A stretch of DNA of 55,466 nt, the filler included, from Basidiobolus ranarum (taxonomy: Eukaryota): NCBI GenBank assembly GCA_040143965.1. It is 5 parts of 5 records of this genome, joined end to end, with 100 filler letters (N's around TTAATTAATTAA, not from the genome) between each part and the next. Parts side by side here need not be neighbours in the genome. Positions count along the whole stretch, not along the records: positions 44,472 to 55,466 come from JASJQH010007524.1; 4 more parts are not named here. One strand, written 5' to 3'. A model generated the notes under the pieces. It was not told the origin of the DNA, made no database searches, and saw only the letters and a list, made by a program, of their open reading frames with translations. Below are positions 50,401 through 55,466 of the stretch, one piece after another. Each line of letters begins with the position of its first letter. Position 1 is the first letter of the stretch. The position numbers were made by a program, and so were the translations under genes.

Positions 50401-53400
50401 CGTTTAAGTTGATGAAAATCGGAGTGAACTTCATCAGCAGACTTCATGTGATGTTGTTGTACCTCAAAGAATACTTCAGCAGGTGGTAGCACTCTAAGCT
50501 CTTGTTTCCCGCTAGCATCTAGGAAACGGGCACGAAGGATGTCATGATTCTTAATCATTTCACCTACTGCATTTTTTAGTACTTCCGAACTAGTGGGTTT
50601 TTGTAGACGAAGCAACCAAGATTGATTGAAATGATGAATATTTGTTTGCTTTTGTTCAAGGAAGTATCTCAAAATCGGTGTAAGAGGTACAGGTCCTTCA
50701 ACGTATTCCTCAAGTACATCCAACTTTGTTGTTAGTGGCGATGACACTGCAGCTAGTTCACGAATAGTAGTATTTTGCATGATTTGCTGAACACTCAAGG
50801 AAATTCCTTTTTGTCGACTTATTGAGGACACTCGAATAGCTGAAATGGAGTCACCACCCAAGTGATAAAATGGATCGTCAAGGCCTATGTTAGCAGGATC
50901 TATGTTAAGGGTTTCTGCCCAAATCTCCTGTATAGCCCTCTGAAGTTCAGTAGAGCATTCGGAAGTTTTTCTAATTGATGACCTAGATAGCGTGAGCACA
51001 CTTTCTGTACTTAACCCGGCGAAAAATACTGAGAGGCTTTTGCGGTCAATTTTGCCACTGTTGTTGCAAGGCATCCTATTTAGTGGTACCCATAAGCTCT
51101 GGATCATATATGGCGGAAGTTTCTTTGTCGCTAGACTTCTGATTTCATTTACATAAGTAGCGAGCATTGCGGAATCATTGTCTGTGACCATTCTTACAGC
51201 TTCTTCGTTGTTACTGACTCCATGGAATACCAAAAATGCCACCAACACTTTGCTCCCCGGATTAGCTTCAGTATTTAAAGGAATGATGCAAGCTCGATTG
51301 ACTTCCGAGTGCTCGTGCAATGTATGTTCAATCTCATCTAGTTCTATTCTTAGGCCACGCAGTTTGATCTGGTTATCTTTCCTACCAATTACTTCAACCG
51401 ATCCATCAATATTAAATCGAGCAAGATCACCAGTTCGATACAAACGTTCCCCAGGTTCAAACGGATTCGGTACAAAGGCTGCTGTGGTTTGTTCTGGTCG
51501 GCCAAGGTAACCACGAGCGATCTGTACTCCTGCAACACACAGTTCACCAACCACTCCAAGTGGAACTAAGCGTAGTTTTGAGTCCATGATGAAAATCTTA
51601 TTGTTACCGAGAGGTTTACCAACATTGCTACATGAAGTATCTTGGTCCAATGATTCAGTAATTAAAAATGCAACCGCAGCCTCAGTTGGTCCGTACGCGT
51701 TGCTTAGCTGAACGAGTTGTGTCCAATTATCGCGAATAGCAGCTGTCATCATCTCACCCCCAACACACAACTTACGTAAATGAGATAGGCTACCAGGGAT
51801 CAATAAACTGGCTACTGTGGGCGTAAACATTGCTGTAGTAACATTCATTTCAGAGATGGCTTCATTTAGACTCGAATGAAGAGCTGCCTTATTCGCAATA
51901 GAAGTCCGGGCGCCAAATAGCAATGGTACGTAAACTTCAATTACGAATAAATCAAAGGTGTAGCTTGCAAATTGAAGTACCGAATCATCCGGAGACAATT
52001 TCCATACCGTTTGCATACCTTCAATAAAATTAGCTACCGATCCATGCTCCAATAACACACCTTTTGGAAGTCCCGTTGATCCGGATGTATAAAGCACATA
52101 ACAAAGGTTGGACGCTGTCAGGTTGGTAATTACAGGATTTAAATCCGAGTAGTGTGCAATATCCCAATCTTCGATGATTACCAATGTCGGAATGACTCCT
52201 TCGAACTTTTGTTTGTAATGGCTATGGGTCACCACAACCTCTGCTTTAGTCTCCTTGATGATAAAGTGATTCCGATCATCTGGGTTATTAGGATCCATCG
52301 GGACGTATGCGCCACCCGCTTTGAGAATGGCTAACAGAATGACAATCATGTTGACAGATCTATCTAGACACACAGGCACCATTGTCTCGATACCTACCCC
52401 GATATCAATGAGATGGTGAGCCAGGCGATTGGCGCGGCTGTTCAACTCAGAGTAAGTCACAAATTCCTCATTCTCATACTGAACTGCGATATTGTTTGGT
52501 GTGCTTAATACTTGCTCCTCGAATAGAGTATGAAGATAACTTTCAGGGGAGCCACTGGTGACTGAACCACTCCACTGTTGTAACTGCTCATATTCAGTGC
52601 TAGAAATGATATCAAAATCATCCACGCGGGTGTCAGCATTGTCAACAATGGATGCTAAAGCAGTCTTCAGATGCTCAAATATCCATCTAGCTTCATCATT
52701 ATGCAAAACTTCCTGGTCATAAAGAATTGAAAGTTCGTGCTCATCTGACCCAGTTGCAAATTCCACCACTACAGCATAGTTGCTTGGCATATTAGCTTCT
52801 ATTATATCCAGTCCAAGTGAACTTATTTTAGGGTTCAAATCATCCAATCCAAGATTCTGTACAGCGAGGAGCGAGTCAAATAGCGTATTACCAAGCTCAC
52901 CAACACATAGTTTTTGAATATCCTGTAATCCTATGTTTTGGTAGCGGTACTGCTCCACTTGTATCTTGTACATACGAGTCATGGCTTCGAGAAGTGTAGG
53001 GTTATCTTCGAGGTCGACTCGAACAGGTAACGTGGAGATACAAGGTCCACAGATTCGATCGATTTCAGCTATAGGTACACTGCGGCCTGAATTAACAGCA
53101 CCAAATACAACATCGGAGTTTCCTGTATGGAACTTGACTACCAAAGCCCAAGCCAAATTAACTATTGTAGCTATGGTGAGGTTGTGAGTCCCCGTTAGTG
53201 ATGAGAAGTCAATCTGAATCCGTTCCTTGATGGTAGTACGAGTCAGTAACTCGTTTGAATGCGTATTTTGCTTAGATATATGTGTGGCAGAAGCTTGGTT
53301 CAGTATTTGTGACCAGTATGCTATAGATTCATCCTTATCCTGACTTATTGTATACTCGATAAAGCGTGAGTACGTGGGTCTCTTCGCCACCTGTTGCCCA

Positions 53401-55466
53401 TTATAAGCTGCAACAAGATCCTCCAAAATAAGACCCATTGACCAACCATCATAGAGTGTATGGTGAATGGTCCAAATAAAGTACGATGTAGATTCCTCGC
53501 TACGCAACACTGTGAAGCGAGTGAGAAGCTTCCCTGTCTCGATTCCACGATCCCGATCAATCTTGAGCACATTTTGTAACTCTGTATCCATATCAGCGTT
53601 AGATCGACACTCGACTTCACTCCAATCAATACTTTCACCTCCACGAACTATCTGCAATCCACTCAGATGAGAATGTCCAGAGTTAGTGAAGACAATGGTG
53701 GTACGAAGGATTGGGTTAGCTTCAATGATAGTGGCCCATGCGGCTTTGAGACAAACCGGATCAAGGCTGCTGCTACAGCGGAACACTTGCTGAGTGAGAT
53801 AATCCGAGTTTGAGCGCAACCCTAAGGCAAAGAGACCTTCTTGAAGCGGAGAACACGGGTAGATATCCTCCACATCGTCGGGTGAAATACCGTTTTGCTT
53901 AACATCCACATCCATTAGCCTCTCTAAATCTGTTTCATTTAGCTTAAGCAGTGAGTATCGCTCGATACTTGCTGCTTCAGCTATCTCACTCTCTGAGGAT
54001 TTCGCTTGTAAGGCCAATGTAGCGATAGTAGGATACTCAAATACCTGCTGAACAGTGATATTGTAGCCAAATCGACGAGCTAACGATACCAGTTTGATTG
54101 ATAGAATCGAGTCACCACCCAAGCTGAAGAATGAGTCATGGATCCCGATACTGTCCTCAGGAATATTTAGAACTGGTGACCATATCTTCACCCATCTAGC
54201 TTCTTCATCCGTCACGGGTACAGAGTCTGGACTTTTACCGATTCGACTGAATGCATAAAGACTCTCAGTGTTTGTAGTTCGCACAATGGTTTCCAGTTGT
54301 TTGCGATCTATCTTTCCACTAGTATTGGTAGGCATCTGACTGATTGGCAGGAATATATGTGGCATCATATATGGTGGTAGTCTCAGTGAAATCAAACTAC
54401 GTATTTCCGCAATCCATACAGTTCCTAACTCCAAATCCTCGATGTTGAGTATGGACACATTTGGCTTACCCGCTACCTTCTGATGGAAGTTTAGGAATGC
54501 AATCAACACCTTACGAGTGTCAGATTCATCAATATTGATTGGCAGGACACAAGCTCTGACCACTTCGGGATGCTGGTGAAGTGTATGTTCTATCTCATCC
54601 AACTCAATGCGCAGGCCATTCAACTTAATTTGACTATCGATTCTTCCCAATATTTCTACGGTGCCGTCCATGTTGAAGCGTCCCAAATCACCTGTGCGAT
54701 ACATGCGCTCTCCAGACCTGAAAGGGTTAGCCACGAATGCTCTCTCTGTAAGATCAGGTCGATTTAAGTAGCCGCGAGCTAACTGGCAACCAGTCACGCA
54801 TAGCTCACCCACTACACCAACTGGAGCTAGTCGAAGATCGGTGTCAAGGATGTAAATTTCATTACCCTTGACTGGGCGGCCAATGTTACTGCAAGATGTA
54901 TTTGAGCCAAGCTGTGAATTGACCATAAATACAACTGCTGCTTCAGTCGGTCCATACATATTACTCAAGTGTACCTTTGAAATCCATTGATTCTTGATTT
55001 CTGTAGTCATCATTTCGCCACCAACATTCAATTTGCGTAACTGAGTCGTACTTTTGGTGTCAAGTAGACTGGCCACACTTGGAGTCAACCATGCAACAGT
55101 AACATTGGTATCCAATATGACTTTGTTCAAATTGGAATGGATTGATGTCTTACTTGCCAATACAGTTCGGGCCCCAGATGATAAAGGATTGTACACCTCC
55201 ATCACAAACATATCAAAAGTATAAGTAGAAAATTGGAGAGCGCAATCATTAGGAGCTAACTGCCAAGATTCCTGTGAGGAAACAACGAAGGCAACTACTG
55301 ATTTATGCTCCAATAGCACACCTTTAGGAAGTCCAGTCGATCCAGATGTGTAAAGCACATAGCAAAGGTTGGACGCTGTCAGGTTGGTAATTACAGGATT
55401 TAAATCCGAGTAGTGTGCAATATCCCAATCTTCGATGATTACCAATGTCGGAATGACTCCTTCGAA
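44472..55466 (-). CDS. Multimodular non-ribosomal peptide synthetase fragment, (A)-T-C-A-T-E-C-A-T-E-TE; intron 48197-48136; truncated at both ends
   Basis: 3 A domains (YTSGSTGxPKG, YGPTE, YRTGD, GLRIEL); 3 T domains (LGGDSI); C domains HHTLYDG and HHAILDA; E domains HHSIID/EGHGRE/RTVGWFT and HHYIID/ESHGRQ/RTVGWFT; TE start PMFIMHCVTGLSSY...SVEMMAASY. GAG|GTACCT...TTTTAG|TAC joins the two long ORFs in frame. Confidence 0.97.
52102..52205 (-). repeat. 104-bp perfect intragenic duplicate of 55363-55466
   Basis: Base-for-base identical CAAAGGTTGGACGCTG...GACTCCTTCGAA at both loci. Confidence 0.95.

Overview
Eukaryotic, intron-containing, AT-rich DNA from a fungus. The gene set (fungal-type NRPS, secreted trypsin, FAN1, a RAP80-like protein, a CysG-type MET1) suggests an early-diverging lineage such as Basidiobolus; this is inference. 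The window is not one locus. It is five ~11 kb contigs in descending size order (1-11036, 11137-22156, 22257-33270, 33371-44371, 44472-55466), joined by artificial 100-nt N44-TTAATTAATTAA-N44 linkers, so synteny across linkers means nothing. Contig 1: RPL9 (3'-truncated), a Pcl-type cyclin, ~7 kb of transposon relics and a small Zds_C-like protein. Contig 2: RPS17, an alpha-arrestin, a probably GPI-anchored pepsin, a UIM/SIM/UBZ RAP80-like gene with a 4-nt micro-exon, a compact Dbf4-like gene, tRNA-Leu(CAG) and a variant U6 snRNA. Contig 3: CpG-free nested repeats including a solo LTR, UDP-glucose 4-epimerase, MET1 and a RING-H2 ligase. Contig 4: FAN1, CAB4/PPAT, NOT4, Rheb and a trypsin. Contig 5: an 11 kb fragment of a multimodular NRPS, (A)-T-C-A-T-E-C-A-T-E-TE. 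Best leads: the NRPS (terminal E-TE, unusual A-domain pocket residues, a recombination footprint at the A3 motif), the variant U6, the RAP80-like protein, and a stem in the RPS17 intron resembling that of yeast RPS17B.
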